Positions 9,538-20,441 are shown, counted from the first letter of the stretch. The stretch is 64,000 bases of DNA from a candidate division WOR-3 bacterium (GCA_039802605.1 JBDRWW010000004.1:32001-96000); one strand, 5' to 3'. The notes: generated by a model from the letters alone, not told the origin. Numbers and translations are program-made.

Positions 9538-10899
9538 TTGTTTGGTATTTTTGAGATTTCCCACTACTTTTATAGGGATTACGGCTGGACAAACGCCATA
9601 TTACATGGGGGAAATTCCTATATCATCTTTCAAGATTATCTATCTTCATCCATAGGAAAACGCACGAGAACATTAAATGCCAAACTTTCCTTCCATAAAC
9701 TTAACATACTTTCCGATAACACTTCATCCGTGCGCTCATCCGAGTATTCCCTAGGAATATCTTATAAAATCTCAAATATAGAAGTGGGTGGGGACTTACG
9801 CTTTATAAGGTCGGGTATAATAACGAACAACTCCGGGATATTCCTTTTATTCTCCCCATTAAACCTTAGGGTGGAATACCGCCCACTTCTAAAAACACTC
9901 TTTTTATCCCCAAATATAAGAATAACAAAGTTTAATCACAAATTCACCCTATCTTCGAACGCCGAATACTTTAAATATTCCCTCCCCGGTTTCTCCGAAG
10001 AGGGTTATAGGTATAATTTTAGACCAAGTATATCCTTTGGAAAATCCATAGGGTACAATGCCCATGTGTTATTTGAGAACACGAATTACATAACATCCCC
10101 CACAAAAAACAGGCAAACAACGCTCGGATACTTGGAATTATTCTTAAACCAAAACCTTTGGATAACATCCCATAACATCAAACTTTTAAGGTCTTTGGGG
10201 GAAACAAACTTCCCCGCATTTTCATCCGACAAGTGGGAGGATGTTATCAGGTTTGATTATTCTCCGAAAATATACGACTTTATAGGGTTTAACCTTTACA
10301 TAAGGAGGCTTTTAAACATTTATTCGGGTGTTTTGGATTACCAATCATTCGGTTTGAGGGAAACATTTTCCGAAGGCGAGGTTCTTGCAAAAGACTTTAA
10401 AATCTACCTATCAAGAAAAAGAGAAGATTATGTATATCTCCACCCCTTGAGGTCGTCGGAGAGTAAGGGTTTAACAAAGTATTCCTTGGGGTTTAATTCC
10501 TATATGGGTTCTATTACCATACGTGGGGAACTGGTGGCAATTTACACCCTTTACAGGTTTAAGCCTTCGGAAAACAACCTTAGTAGGTATTTGGAAATTG
10601 AGATAAATTACAAGGGAAATGCCGAAGGGAATTTTAAAATCAGGTTTTCGGACATAGGGTGGTTGTCCAACAACATATATTACAGAACCCTGAATTACAC
10701 AAACATATATTCGCAAGGATGGGTACCATTATTAACGGTTTTGAACTCTAAAATTGGTGGTATTTTCGGTATAAAGCCGGACGGTGCGGGGGTGGGAATA
10801 GGTAGTAGGTTTCCGGGTGGTGAAATGTATATTATGAAAAGGGCAGAGGATAAAAAAAGGTTTTGGGAATTCTCCCTAAGATTCAGCACACCGGTATAA
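9538..10899 (+). CDS. Hypothetical protein, probably an outer-membrane beta-rich protein
   Basis: Long ORF rich in Tyr/Phe/Ser with alternating beta pattern; TAAAAT 6 nt upstream of the TTG. Confidence 0.55.
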   Translation: MFGIFEISHYFYRDYGWTNAILHGGNSYIIFQDYLSSSIGKRTRTLNAKLSFHKLNILSDNTSSVRSSEYSLGISYKISNIEVGGDLRFIRSGIITNNSGIFLLFSPLNLRVEYRPLLKTLFLSPNIRITKFNHKFTLSSNAEYFKYSLPGFSEEGYRYNFRPSISFGKSIGYNAHVLFENTNYITSPTKNRQTTLGYLELFLNQNLWITSHNIKLLRSLGETNFPAFSSDKWEDVIRFDYSPKIYDFIGFNLYIRRLLNIYSGVLDYQSFGLRETFSEGEVLAKDFKIYLSRKREDYVYLHPLRSSESKGLTKYSLGFNSYMGSITIRGELVAIYTLYRFKPSENNLSRYLEIEINYKGNAEGNFKIRFSDIGWLSNNIYYRTLNYTNIYSQGWVPLLTVLNSKIGGIFGIKPDGAGVGIGSRFPGGEMYIMKRAEDKKRFWEFSLRFSTPV

Positions 10900-10908
10900 T
10901 TCCCGTTT

Positions 10909-11310
10909 GTGAAAGTTGATAAAACCTTCCTCCTTAGGGGTTTGTGGGTTGTTATAGCGGCCCTTACTTTGTTATTCTTTATAATTTCCGTTATACCCAA
11001 AAATAAAAAGGAAAAACCTTATACGAGCATAACCGACGAAAAACTCGATGTGGTTGTATTAAACGGCACAAAGATGGACAAATTGGCGTATACCGTATCC
11101 CAGTATTTGAAGGGTAAAGGGGTAGATGTTATATATTACGGAAATGCCGACAGTATATACTCGCATACCCTAATAATAGACCGCAGGGATAGTATAAATT
11201 TATCTTATGCCAAGAGGGTTGCGAGGTTTATAAAAGGGAAAATCATGTATATGCCCGACCCCGATAACATCGCCCCGGTTTTCGTAATACTCGGAAACGA
11301 TTACAAATGA
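10909..11310 (+). CDS. LytR C-terminal domain protein
   Basis: N-terminal TM, then VVVLNGT...LA...L...G.DV...GNAD...VILGNDY. Confidence 0.85.
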   Translation: MKVDKTFLLRGLWVVIAALTLLFFIISVIPKNKKEKPYTSITDEKLDVVVLNGTKMDKLAYTVSQYLKGKGVDVIYYGNADSIYSHTLIIDRRDSINLSYAKRVARFIKGKIMYMPDPDNIAPVFVILGNDYK

Positions 11311-13007
11311 TAACCCTTTTAGTATCGCTTAATATAACCGACATTAGGGTTTCCGGAAACCGTTTTTTAAAAAGCGATTTTATAAAGTCCGTATTAGGTT
11401 ATAAGAGGAATTTCATTTTCTTTAAAAAATACCCAAAGTTTTCCCCTTTTGCGATAAAGAGGGGTATTGAAGTTTTGGAAGGAGTTTATACGGACAGCGG
11501 TTTTTTTGATGTCAAAATTGAATGGAACAGAAGCGTTGAGAAAAACGGCGTTGTGATATTTTTAAACATTTACGAGGGTAAAAGGTATGTTATAAACGAC
11601 ATTGTTGTTCCTGAGGATTTACGGATAAAATTTTCCCTTCCAAAGCCCTATACCATAACATATGTATCCAGCGTAGAGGAAAAAATCCTAAGTTATTATA
11701 GGAATCACGGGTATCCCTTTGTTGAAGTAAATAGGGAAGAATACAAGGACTACGAGAACAAAACCGTAAAAATCGTTTTTTCCGCTTCAAAGGGTGATAG
11801 AATAATTATTAGAAATGTAATTTGGAAAAGCGCCGACACCACAAAACCTTTAAACACCCGCTGGAAGATTTTCAAAAGGGAAATAAAGGTAAAGGGTGGA
11901 GAGTTTTTTAAGGAAAGGGATGTGGAGGAAAGCATAAGCCGTTTATACAGAACACAATTGTTTAACACCGTATTTTGGAAGCTTGAAAATGTCAAAGACG
12001 GATATGCCGACTTGGTGTTTTATGTAAAGGAAGGCCCTCCGAGGATCTTGGATTTAAGCTTTGGTTTTCAAAGCGAGACCAAGCACCCAATACTTATAAA
12101 ACTTGAAAATGTATTCCAACACATAAACCTATTCAACAACCTCCAAAGGGTTCAGCTATCTTCCTATTTATTGGTTGATGTTGCAAATACAAACCTAAAC
12201 GCTTATAACATAAGGGTCTTATATCAAGAACCATACTTTTTGGATTTTAACCTCCGTGCAAATTTTAACATTCCGGTTTTTTACGATCGTGATAGAAACC
12301 TTTTTCAATACGGATTGGCGGGGGAAATTACCAAACCCTATTTTTTTGGCGAAAATAACTCTTTAAACTTTGGGCTATCTTACGACAAAAGGAAGGCGTT
12401 ATCCGATGAACAGGGTTATGACATATTCCGCCTTTATCAAAGCGTGTTTTTTGATACCCGGGATAATATATTTGATCCGGACTTTGGGAGCTTCCTTAGG
12501 TTTGAAATTTATGAAGCGGGCTTTGGTTATTTGGGTAATTACGATTATATAAAATGGGTATCGGATATCTCACTTTATCAAAGGTTCTTTTTAAGCGAGT
12601 GGAAATGGGCCCTTAGATTATATTTTGGGGGTATTTCCCCGTATATAAGAAGCGATACCCTTCCCATAATAGACCTTTTTACCGTAGGCGGTGAGGGACA
12701 AGTTAGGGGATATGATAGGTTTTCCATAGGACCGGATTTAAAGCGATGCTATTCATACATATGTAAAGCCGGCCGGTATCCCCTTCTGTTTAATTACGAG
12801 ATAAGGAGAAAAATAAACGATTACTGGGGTTTTGTCCTGTTCTTTGATTATGGGTATTTGGATGGGGATAAGGGGTACTCCGGTGGAATGGGTATAAGGT
12901 ATTTTACACCCATAGGGCCCATAAGGTTTGATTGGGCTATAAAATTAAAGGAAAGATCTCCCACGGATAGGGGAAAGATTTATATAAGTCTAGGTCATAT
13001 GTTTTAA
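11307..13007 (+). CDS. Omp85 family protein (BamA/TamA-like) with POTRA domains
   Basis: POTRA repeats (ITDIRVSGN, GYPFVEV), GGEGQVRGY, GIRYFTPIGPIRFDWA, C-terminal LGHMF. Confidence 0.9.
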   Translation: MITLLVSLNITDIRVSGNRFLKSDFIKSVLGYKRNFIFFKKYPKFSPFAIKRGIEVLEGVYTDSGFFDVKIEWNRSVEKNGVVIFLNIYEGKRYVINDIVVPEDLRIKFSLPKPYTITYVSSVEEKILSYYRNHGYPFVEVNREEYKDYENKTVKIVFSASKGDRIIIRNVIWKSADTTKPLNTRWKIFKREIKVKGGEFFKERDVEESISRLYRTQLFNTVFWKLENVKDGYADLVFYVKEGPPRILDLSFGFQSETKHPILIKLENVFQHINLFNNLQRVQLSSYLLVDVANTNLNAYNIRVLYQEPYFLDFNLRANFNIPVFYDRDRNLFQYGLAGEITKPYFFGENNSLNFGLSYDKRKALSDEQGYDIFRLYQSVFFDTRDNIFDPDFGSFLRFEIYEAGFGYLGNYDYIKWVSDISLYQRFFLSEWKWALRLYFGGISPYIRSDTLPIIDLFTVGGEGQVRGYDRFSIGPDLKRCYSYICKAGRYPLLFNYEIRRKINDYWGFVLFFDYGYLDGDKGYSGGMGIRYFTPIGPIRFDWAIKLKERSPTDRGKIYISLGHMF

Positions 13008-13027
13008 CGGCCTTAGAATACACATAT

Positions 13028-14095
13028 ATGGTTGCACCTTTTAAAAGGAGGAAGAGCAGGGAAGTTAGAATCGGAAATGTCGTTATAGGGGGTGATAACC
13101 CCATTGCGGTACAATCAATGACAACAACGGATACAAACGATGTTGAGGCTACTATTGCCCAAATAGAGAGGCTAGTCAATGCGGGTTGTGAAATAGTCAG
13201 GGTTGCCGTTCCCTCGAGAAAAACCGTTGAACCCTTTAAAAGGATAGTTGAACATTTTAAGGGTAGGGTTCCAATAGTTGCCGATATCCATTTTGATTAT
13301 AAAATAGCCATAATGGCCGCGGATGCGGGGGCGGATAAGATAAGGATCAACCCGGGAAACATTGGGGGTTTTGACAAGGTTAAAGAGGTCATAGCGGCCG
13401 CAAAGGCAAACAATATTCCTATAAGGATAGGCGTAAACTCCGGCTCCCTTGAAATGGATCTAATTGATAAATACGGCGGGGTAAACGCCGACGCCCTCGT
13501 TGAAAGCGCGGTTAGGTGGGTAAGATTTTTTGAGGAACAAAACTTTTACGATATCGTCGTATCGGTTAAGTCCGCCTATGTTCCCCAAATGATAGAGGCT
13601 TATAGAAAGGTGGCACAACTGATAGATTACCCATTACATTTGGGCGTTACGGAAGCCGGCACTCCAAAGACCGGTATAATAAAATCCGCCATAGGTATAG
13701 GTACCCTTTTGGCAGAGGGCATAGGGGATACTTTTAGGGTTTCTTTAACCGCAGACCCAGTGGAAGAGGTTAGGGTTGCTTGGGAAATACTAAAATCCCT
13801 ACAACTCAGGACAAGGGGTATAATGCTTATAGCATGCCCAACCTGTGGTAGAACAAAGATAGACCTCATATCCCTTGCGGAAAAGGTAGAAAAGGCTCTG
13901 GATGGGGTTAATAAGAACTTGAAGGTTGCGGTTATGGGTTGCGAGGTAAACGGCCCGGGCGAGGCTAGGGAGGCGGACATAGGCATAGCGGCGGGTAAGG
14001 GGCAGGGAATACTCTTTATCAAGGGGAAACCCGTAAAAAGGTTAAAGGAGGAGGAGCTGTTAGACGCTTTGCTTGAAGAGATAGAAAAGCTATGA
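13028..14095 (+). CDS. ispG: 4-hydroxy-3-methylbut-2-en-1-yl diphosphate synthase
   Basis: PIAVQSMT, VADIHF, RINPGN, CPTCGR, VMGCEVNGPGEA. Confidence 0.97.
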   Translation: MVAPFKRRKSREVRIGNVVIGGDNPIAVQSMTTTDTNDVEATIAQIERLVNAGCEIVRVAVPSRKTVEPFKRIVEHFKGRVPIVADIHFDYKIAIMAADAGADKIRINPGNIGGFDKVKEVIAAAKANNIPIRIGVNSGSLEMDLIDKYGGVNADALVESAVRWVRFFEEQNFYDIVVSVKSAYVPQMIEAYRKVAQLIDYPLHLGVTEAGTPKTGIIKSAIGIGTLLAEGIGDTFRVSLTADPVEEVRVAWEILKSLQLRTRGIMLIACPTCGRTKIDLISLAEKVEKALDGVNKNLKVAVMGCEVNGPGEAREADIGIAAGKGQGILFIKGKPVKRLKEEELLDALLEEIEKL

Positions 14096-15270
14096 TTTTG
14101 GTAATCTTGTGTCAGCTCTTAATGGGTCAAGGTGGGGAAAGAGGTGAAGGAATATCAATTGAGCAGCAAACCGGAAAGGTAAGGTATCCGTTCTCGGCAA
14201 CCCCGACCATATACGACACCCTAAGGTTTCGTTCTATTATAACAGAAAAGGGCTTTATAATACCCCCAAAGGATTATACGTTTTTACCCGGTGATATTGT
14301 AGTTATTAGGTTGTCCGGCGATGTACCTTACGAATATTCTACCGTAATAGATTATAGTGGCAAAATCCCCATATATCTACCTACGGGGAAAACGGGCTTT
14401 TCTGTTGAAATTGCAAATATACCCTACGATTCCCTATTGAACTACTTAAATAGAATTATCGAGAAGCGATTGAGGAACTACAAAGTCAACGTATTTCTAA
14501 AACTACCGTCAATTTTCCCAGTTAGGTTTGAAGGTGAGGTTGTTAATGTTATGGATATTTATGTTGACGGTTTAACGCGTTTGCACGATGCTTTAAAATA
14601 CATATCTTTAAAACCCAACGCATCGAGGGATAGGTTTTTAATAACAATTGGGGATACCGGTTTTTTGGTGGATTTAAGGAATCTGTTTGAAAAGGGGGAT
14701 TTATATTCAAGCCCACTATTAAAACCCAATATGACAATTGGTGTTTTATCCGATTCGTCCTTTTGTACGGTTATGGTAGAAGGTTTTCAAAATGTTAATT
14801 GCAGCGAAGGGGAAAGCGTTATATCCGTTTTTAGAAAGGCAACCTTTATGAACCCCGTTTATAAACCCATAGGTTTTGCCGTTAAAAGAAGGGGTTTTGA
14901 ATTTACCAATGGCGATTATGCCGTTAAAGTAGGGGATACTATTTTCCCCATTTTTGGAATGGATAGCGTGTTCGTTTCCGGTTATGTGAATAAACCCACA
15001 ACGGTTGCATATGTCCCAATGGCAACGGTTGCATATTATGTATCGCAGGCGGGGGGTTTTAGGGATAACGCAACTATTGGGAAATATCTCCTCATTTCAA
15101 AGGATGGTAAAGAAAAAACCGTTGATGACACCTATATACCCATGCCGGGTGATGTTATATATGTAAAAAAGTCGTTTATAACTTTGAGGGAATTTTTGTT
15201 TTATACATCCTCGCTTGTGGGTATGACCGCCGCTTTATTGAATACATACCTAATTTTAAGAAGCAGATGA
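14092..15270 (+). CDS. Polysaccharide export protein with SLBB domains (Wza/KpsD-like)
   Basis: DYTFLPGD.V, V.GYVNKP, YVSQAGGF, PGDVIYV; C-terminal TM. Confidence 0.75.
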   Translation: MILVILCQLLMGQGGERGEGISIEQQTGKVRYPFSATPTIYDTLRFRSIITEKGFIIPPKDYTFLPGDIVVIRLSGDVPYEYSTVIDYSGKIPIYLPTGKTGFSVEIANIPYDSLLNYLNRIIEKRLRNYKVNVFLKLPSIFPVRFEGEVVNVMDIYVDGLTRLHDALKYISLKPNASRDRFLITIGDTGFLVDLRNLFEKGDLYSSPLLKPNMTIGVLSDSSFCTVMVEGFQNVNCSEGESVISVFRKATFMNPVYKPIGFAVKRRGFEFTNGDYAVKVGDTIFPIFGMDSVFVSGYVNKPTTVAYVPMATVAYYVSQAGGFRDNATIGKYLLISKDGKEKTVDDTYIPMPGDVIYVKKSFITLREFLFYTSSLVGMTAALLNTYLILRSR

Positions 15271-16316
15271 TATTTTTAACTTTGTACTTTCAGGATAGTA
15301 CGGGTGGCATATTCATAGTACCGAAGGATTATACCATAAACCCTGGGGATTTGTTAAGAATATCCATATACTCCAAAAGCGTTAAAACCTTGGATTATAC
15401 GGATTATGTCGATAATGATGGCTTTTTTCCGCTTATATTTTCCCCTAATTCAAAACCCGAAAGGGTAAAGCTTTTAGGTTTAACGCTTGATTCCGCATCA
15501 AAAGTTATACTTAACATGTTCAGAAATTTCGTTAAAATAAAAGGCATTGATGGGGTTTCCGTAAACCTTGTAAAACCATCGGAGTTTTATGTGTATATTT
15601 ATGGAAATGTGCAGAAATCCGGCCCATTAAAGGTTAATTCCTTAACCAGATTGTCCGATGTTATATTCAGCGAAAATGTTTTACCGTTTTCAGCATTGAG
15701 TAGGGTTGTTTTAAACGGCAATGTTTTATCCATATGGAGGGGCTTGCGCGGGGATATTAAAAACAACCCCTTACTTAAAAATGTGGATAGTATATTTGTT
15801 CCAAAAACCGATAGCGTGGTTTATGTTGTGGGATATTTAACCGATGGTTTTATAAAACCTGTTGAATATAATTCCGGTGATGATGTTTTTACGATAATTT
15901 GGAAAATTGGTTATGGGAAGGATTTGTATAAAATATTTAAGGCCTTTATAAACGGCAAAATTGCGGATTTAAACGATAAAGTCTCGCCAGGAGATACCAT
16001 AAGTTTAATGATTTTCCCGAATTATGTTATAGTGGTTGGTGAGGTTTCAGAACCTAAGCGCGTGGAGTATCAACCGGGTTTAACGGTTTTGGATTATATA
16101 AACCTTGCCGGAGGCTTTTCTGATAGGGCGGATAAGAGAAGGATATCTATAAAAATGTTTTGGAATAATAGAACAAAAAGGGTTCCTCTGGATTATAAAC
16201 CCATGCCCGGAGATGCGATATATGTTCCAAGAGTAATTTTAACATATCAGGAGATCCTTTCCACATTATCCTTTATTTTATCGGCTACAACGCTATACTT
16301 TGTAATTACCAAGTAG
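15267..16316 (+). CDS. Polysaccharide export SLBB protein, tandem paralog
   Basis: PKDYTINPGD, VVGEVSEP, YINLAGGFSDRAD, PMPGDAIYVP; same architecture as the preceding gene. Confidence 0.75.
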   Translation: MIFLTLYFQDSTGGIFIVPKDYTINPGDLLRISIYSKSVKTLDYTDYVDNDGFFPLIFSPNSKPERVKLLGLTLDSASKVILNMFRNFVKIKGIDGVSVNLVKPSEFYVYIYGNVQKSGPLKVNSLTRLSDVIFSENVLPFSALSRVVLNGNVLSIWRGLRGDIKNNPLLKNVDSIFVPKTDSVVYVVGYLTDGFIKPVEYNSGDDVFTIIWKIGYGKDLYKIFKAFINGKIADLNDKVSPGDTISLMIFPNYVIVVGEVSEPKRVEYQPGLTVLDYINLAGGFSDRADKRRISIKMFWNNRTKRVPLDYKPMPGDAIYVPRVILTYQEILSTLSFILSATTLYFVITK

Positions 16317-17036
16317 ATTTTGATAAATGGGGGTTAATTTTGAAGGTAAGGAAAATGTAAAATCAATAATCTTATAAAAGTCCAGCAATTTTTGTTTAAG
16401 GGAAATATCCGTAATAAATACGGGTATCCTCGGTATTTGAAAGGGTTTTAATTCCTTTTTGGTACCGCTTATACCCGAAAATGCAAACTTATATCCCAAT
16501 TCTTTCATAAAATTTTCCGCCCGCTTATCGTAAATTCCAAAAGGGTAGGAAAAGTGTATAACTTCTTTACCCGTAAGGTCTTCCAAATACTTTTTTGAAT
16601 ATTCCAACTCGTATTTGATCTGCGCATCATCTAGGAGTTTAAAACTCCTGTGGGTTTTTCCATGAGATCCTATTATCCAACCTCTTTGGGATAACTCAAC
16701 TATTTGTTGCTTATCCATATGATAAACAGGGGTCAAAAAGTGGGCATCCCATAAATTCTTTTTCCCTATAAAATCAACAACAACGAATATTATACCCCTT
16801 AAACCGTACTCTTCCATTAAAGGATAAGCATACTTATAAACACCCATTAGGGCATCATCAAAAGTTAGTAAAAACTCATTTTCCCTTAATCTTAAAGGAT
16901 TATTACCATTACCAGGTATAAAGACCTTTTTGAGAAAATTCAAGTGTTTTTTAAACTGCGATGGAAAAACCCAATTGCCGGCTAAATACGGTTTTTTTGA
17001 AATGTTGTGATAGTTAAAAATTAAGGGATATCGCAA
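16293..17036 (-). CDS. Polysaccharide deacetylase (NodB/CE4 family)
   Basis: LTFDD, IGSHGKTH and FSYPFG motifs. Confidence 0.9.
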   Translation of the reverse strand: MRYPLIFNYHNISKKPYLAGNWVFPSQFKKHLNFLKKVFIPGNGNNPLRLRENEFLLTFDDALMGVYKYAYPLMEEYGLRGIIFVVVDFIGKKNLWDAHFLTPVYHMDKQQIVELSQRGWIIGSHGKTHRSFKLLDDAQIKYELEYSKKYLEDLTGKEVIHFSYPFGIYDKRAENFMKELGYKFAFSGISGTKKELKPFQIPRIPVFITDISLKQKLLDFYKIIDFTFSLPSKLTPIYQNLLGNYKV

Positions 17037-17249
17037 GCGTTTATTATAACGGTGTTTGTGAAGGATATAAATGTTTGGTTATTTAAATTATTGTAAAATG
17101 TTTAATATACGGATTTTATTTGTATAAATTGAAGTATCGCAACGGTTATAAATTATTTAAGCGTTAATTTGACAATTTAACTAATGTAATTATAATTTAT
17201 AATATTGATTATTTTATACGGGTTATTTTGTGCATTATACACATTGCCC
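17037..17249. promoter_or_regulatory. Very AT-rich intergenic region with a DnaA-box-like site and a consensus sigma70 promoter
   Basis: TTATACACA at 17235-43; TTTGTATAA at 17119-27; TTGACA(17169-74)-N16-TATAAT(17191-96) on +. Confidence 0.4.
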
Positions 17250-18632
17250 CTATATTAAGTATAAAAGGGTTATAAGTATAAAAACCGGCATAAGTATAGG
17301 TATTGAATACTTGATTATATAAGTGAAAAAGTCGGGGGTTTTAAATCCCCATTCATCCGCTATCGCTTTTACCAAGAAGTTGGGGGCATTACCTATATAT
17401 GTATTTGCTCCCATAAACACCGCCCCTAAGGATACGGCCGCTAATAGCTTCTCGGGTATCCCTATGTGGGCAAGTTCGGGTGGTATGTGGTACACTCCGG
17501 GCATTTTTTCGGCCACGCCCTGAGCCAATGAGAAGAAGGTTAAATATGTGGGTGCATTATCAAGGAAGGCTGAAAGGGCACCGGTTGCCCAGAAGAATTG
17601 CCAGGGTTCCGTTATTCCCAGTTCGGGACCCTTTGCCCGTAGTATTTCAAGAGCGGGTACCATTGTTATAAATATCCCTATGAACAAAAAGGCTACTTCC
17701 TTTATGGGTTCAAAGGTGAAGTTGTTTTCCCTTCTCGTTTCGGATGATAGAGGTGATGTTATTAAAGATAGTATAGCAAATCCTATCATTACATATTCCC
17801 TTAAAAACTTTAAAGGCCCATGCATCAATCCCCATTCTTCAAGCCTTGAAGGTGTTAAGAATATGACCGCCGCCAAAACCCCAAAAAGCCACAAAAAGTT
17901 TATTTTCCCCTTTAACTTTAAGGGCCTATATGCAGCCGCTTCCATCTTTTCTATATATGCCTTCTCCCTCTTATAGGCCCAACTATCCCAAATATAAAAT
18001 ATCGTTAAAATTATCCCAAATGCGGTTATCCATTCAACTATTAACCTTAATGTCCAAAAGAAGGGAACACCCCTTAAATAACCCAAAAATAGGGGAGGGT
18101 CCCCTATTGGTAATAAACACCCCCCTATATTGCTAACTATGAATATGAAAAATATGGGGATATGTGCCGTTATAGCCCTTTCTGAGTTTGTTCTTAACAG
18201 AGGCCTTATTAATATCATACTCGCCCCGGCCGTCCCAAAAAAGTTTGCAATTACGCCTCCTATTGCGAGAAAAATAGTATTTACAATAGGTGTCCCCTTT
18301 AAATTCCCTTCAAGGTATATTCCCCCTGATATAACAAACAGGGCAAAGATAAGGGATATAAATGCGAAGTATTCCTCCAAACTGTGAATTAAAGGCCTCC
18401 ATTCGTTTATCTGCCAGAAGAAAAACAGAACGGGTATAGACCACAGGATGGCGAGTATTAGTTTATTATAGTTGTTTTCCCAAAAGTGCGCAACGCGGTT
18501 GTGGGGAAAGTTTGCGGATATAAAGGACATTATGCCTATGGTTAAGAGCAATCCTACAAAAGGTATTACCGTATATATAGGTAGATCCAATGCCTTGTGG
18601 GCCTCCTCGGCGGTTATTATTGCCCAGAACAT
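17250..18632 (-). CDS. Sodium:proton antiporter / ion transporter (IT) superfamily protein
   Basis: Many TM helices; SNIGGCLLPIGDPPLFLG, FLDNAPTY, GANTYIGNAPNF. Confidence 0.85.
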   Translation of the reverse strand: MFWAIITAEEAHKALDLPIYTVIPFVGLLLTIGIMSFISANFPHNRVAHFWENNYNKLILAILWSIPVLFFFWQINEWRPLIHSLEEYFAFISLIFALFVISGGIYLEGNLKGTPIVNTIFLAIGGVIANFFGTAGASMILIRPLLRTNSERAITAHIPIFFIFIVSNIGGCLLPIGDPPLFLGYLRGVPFFWTLRLIVEWITAFGIILTIFYIWDSWAYKREKAYIEKMEAAAYRPLKLKGKINFLWLFGVLAAVIFLTPSRLEEWGLMHGPLKFLREYVMIGFAILSLITSPLSSETRRENNFTFEPIKEVAFLFIGIFITMVPALEILRAKGPELGITEPWQFFWATGALSAFLDNAPTYLTFFSLAQGVAEKMPGVYHIPPELAHIGIPEKLLAAVSLGAVFMGANTYIGNAPNFLVKAIADEWGFKTPDFFTYIIKYSIPILMPVFILITLLYLI

Positions 18633-18657
18633 AGCGGGTATTATAATATGGGGAAAT

Positions 18658-19662
18658 TTATTCCGTTAAATATTTAAGGATTTTAGAAGTATTCTCCTCC
18701 CATGTGGGGAATTTTTCGGAGGATTTTTTTGCATTTTCTCCCATATATGCCCTTAAAGATTCATCCTTAGCCAAAGTTATGCAAAACTCTCTGAATTCCT
18801 TTAAGTTAAAGTTCTCGGCGTAAAATCCGTTATGTCCATTTATTATAATCCTATCGGTTGAATGGGCTTTAAAAGATACGGTTGGTAATCCATAAAATAG
18901 ACTTTCAACCATCACGGCCGTCAAATTGCCGTATATATAAGGCATAATAACAAAATCAACGGCAGAATATACTATATTCATTTTGGTATGGGGTATTTGT
19001 TCTATTATAATAGAATTAATTTCTTTTAACCATCTTTCCTCGGGTTTCATTTTTCCATTTCCAACTATTATTAACCTATAAGGGTCATTTTTACGGTATA
19101 TTTTGGGTAAGAAATGTATTCCCTTAAACTTTGAAAACCGGCCGATAAAGGCACCTATAACATCATCTTTGGGTAATTTTAACAATTCTCTGGCTTCCGC
19201 CTTATCAATCTTTGGATATTGGGGTTTAGGGTTTAACAACATAACATAATTAACATTGTACATTTTTGCCAACTCTTCGCCTTTTGAACCGTCATCTATT
19301 ATTAAAAAAATATCGGCACCCCCTTTAAACGCTTCATCAAGTTTTCTATACCTGTAAAGGTGTATGGGGTAAAGTATTTTGTTTATCGTCCTTAAGGGAA
19401 ACCTTTCAAATATACCGTATATGCTGACAATGAACTTTTTGGGTTTTAACCTTTTAACCAATTCCTTGGCATAAGGGTAGGGTATTTCGGATTGGCACCA
19501 TATAGTTTTATATTTATCGTATTTTGGCCTTTCGTTTGGAGAAATTACCCCGTATTCAACCGATTTTTTTAACAAGGGTTTTAAATAAAAAACCTCTGGA
19601 TAGGAATAAACATCGTTTTTTAACCATTCTTCCTTCCAAGGGGTAATTATAAGTAAATCCAA
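18658..19662 (-). CDS. Glycosyltransferase family 4
   Basis: FIGRFSKFKG, VMVESLFYGLPTV, IIINGHNGF GT-B C-terminal domain. Confidence 0.8.
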   Translation of the reverse strand: MDLLIITPWKEEWLKNDVYSYPEVFYLKPLLKKSVEYGVISPNERPKYDKYKTIWCQSEIPYPYAKELVKRLKPKKFIVSIYGIFERFPLRTINKILYPIHLYRYRKLDEAFKGGADIFLIIDDGSKGEELAKMYNVNYVMLLNPKPQYPKIDKAEARELLKLPKDDVIGAFIGRFSKFKGIHFLPKIYRKNDPYRLIIVGNGKMKPEERWLKEINSIIIEQIPHTKMNIVYSAVDFVIMPYIYGNLTAVMVESLFYGLPTVSFKAHSTDRIIINGHNGFYAENFNLKEFREFCITLAKDESLRAYMGENAKKSSEKFPTWEENTSKILKYLTE

Positions 19663-19736
19663 GGAAGTCGGTATTATAATGGATGTATTAAAATTGATTG
19701 GTTAACATAAGTACCATTATGTGCATACCCCCTTAA

Positions 19737-20441
19737 TCAGAAAACTATCCTTATCCTGCCAACAAAACCTTCCTTTACCTCTACCTCAACCACGCTCATC
19801 GCGCAGTTTATAACAACCGTTTCTTTAAACCTTATCCATCTACCCCCATAGTTGTGGGCGTGTCCGCACAATACAAGGGGAACCCAATGGGAATAAATTT
19901 CCAAAAACCCCCTTAAAGACTTTGAACCTATCTTTGTACCCCTTGGAATCTTATCCAAAATCCCATAAGGTGGTGCATGTGAAACTATTATCATCCTTTC
20001 CCCAACTTTTAAGGCATTCTCCAAAACTTCCCAATAATATCCCTCTTCCCTCCTCGTAATTCCCCCTATGGGATCGGTTGAACCCTCTAAACCAACAAAA
20101 TTATAAAAGCACCTAAACGATTTTCCGCTTATTCTTATTGCTCCCTTAGAATTTAGGTTAATCATAGGGTCGTCGTTTCCTTCAACATACAGAAAAGCCT
20201 TTTTGGGTATATTTACCAACTTACTTAAAATACCCTCTGATTTCCCATACTTCCTATAATGCCCGTTTATATATCCTTCAAGGGATTTGTCCATAACCGG
20301 ATAATCCCTTTCCGATATGAGGTTTAAAATCCCATCCCCTGCAAATATCAGAAAATCCGGAACATCACACTTTTTTAATACCTCAACCAAAAAATCACCC
20401 TTTAACTTCCCCTGCCAATCGGAAAAGCATAAAATTTTCAC
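19737..20441 (-). CDS. Metallophosphoesterase (calcineurin-like)
   Basis: FSD, AGD, GNDD, SHAPP and CGHAH motifs. Confidence 0.85.
   Translation of the reverse strand: MKILCFSDWQGKLKGDFLVEVLKKCDVPDFLIFAGDGILNLISERDYPVMDKSLEGYINGHYRKYGKSEGILSKLVNIPKKAFLYVEGNDDPMINLNSKGAIRISGKSFRCFYNFVGLEGSTDPIGGITRREEGYYWEVLENALKVGERMIIVSHAPPYGILDKIPRGTKIGSKSLRGFLEIYSHWVPLVLCGHAHNYGGRWIRFKETVVINCAMSVVEVEVKEGFVGRIRIVF

Noticed and set aside
9493..9564. N-terminal extensions in the ORF track for hppA, manC, trpS, the esterase, nuoC, yebC and the DUF4837-like gene
   Set aside because: The extensions run through promoters or neighbouring genes; homology motifs and -10 boxes indicate the downstream ATGs
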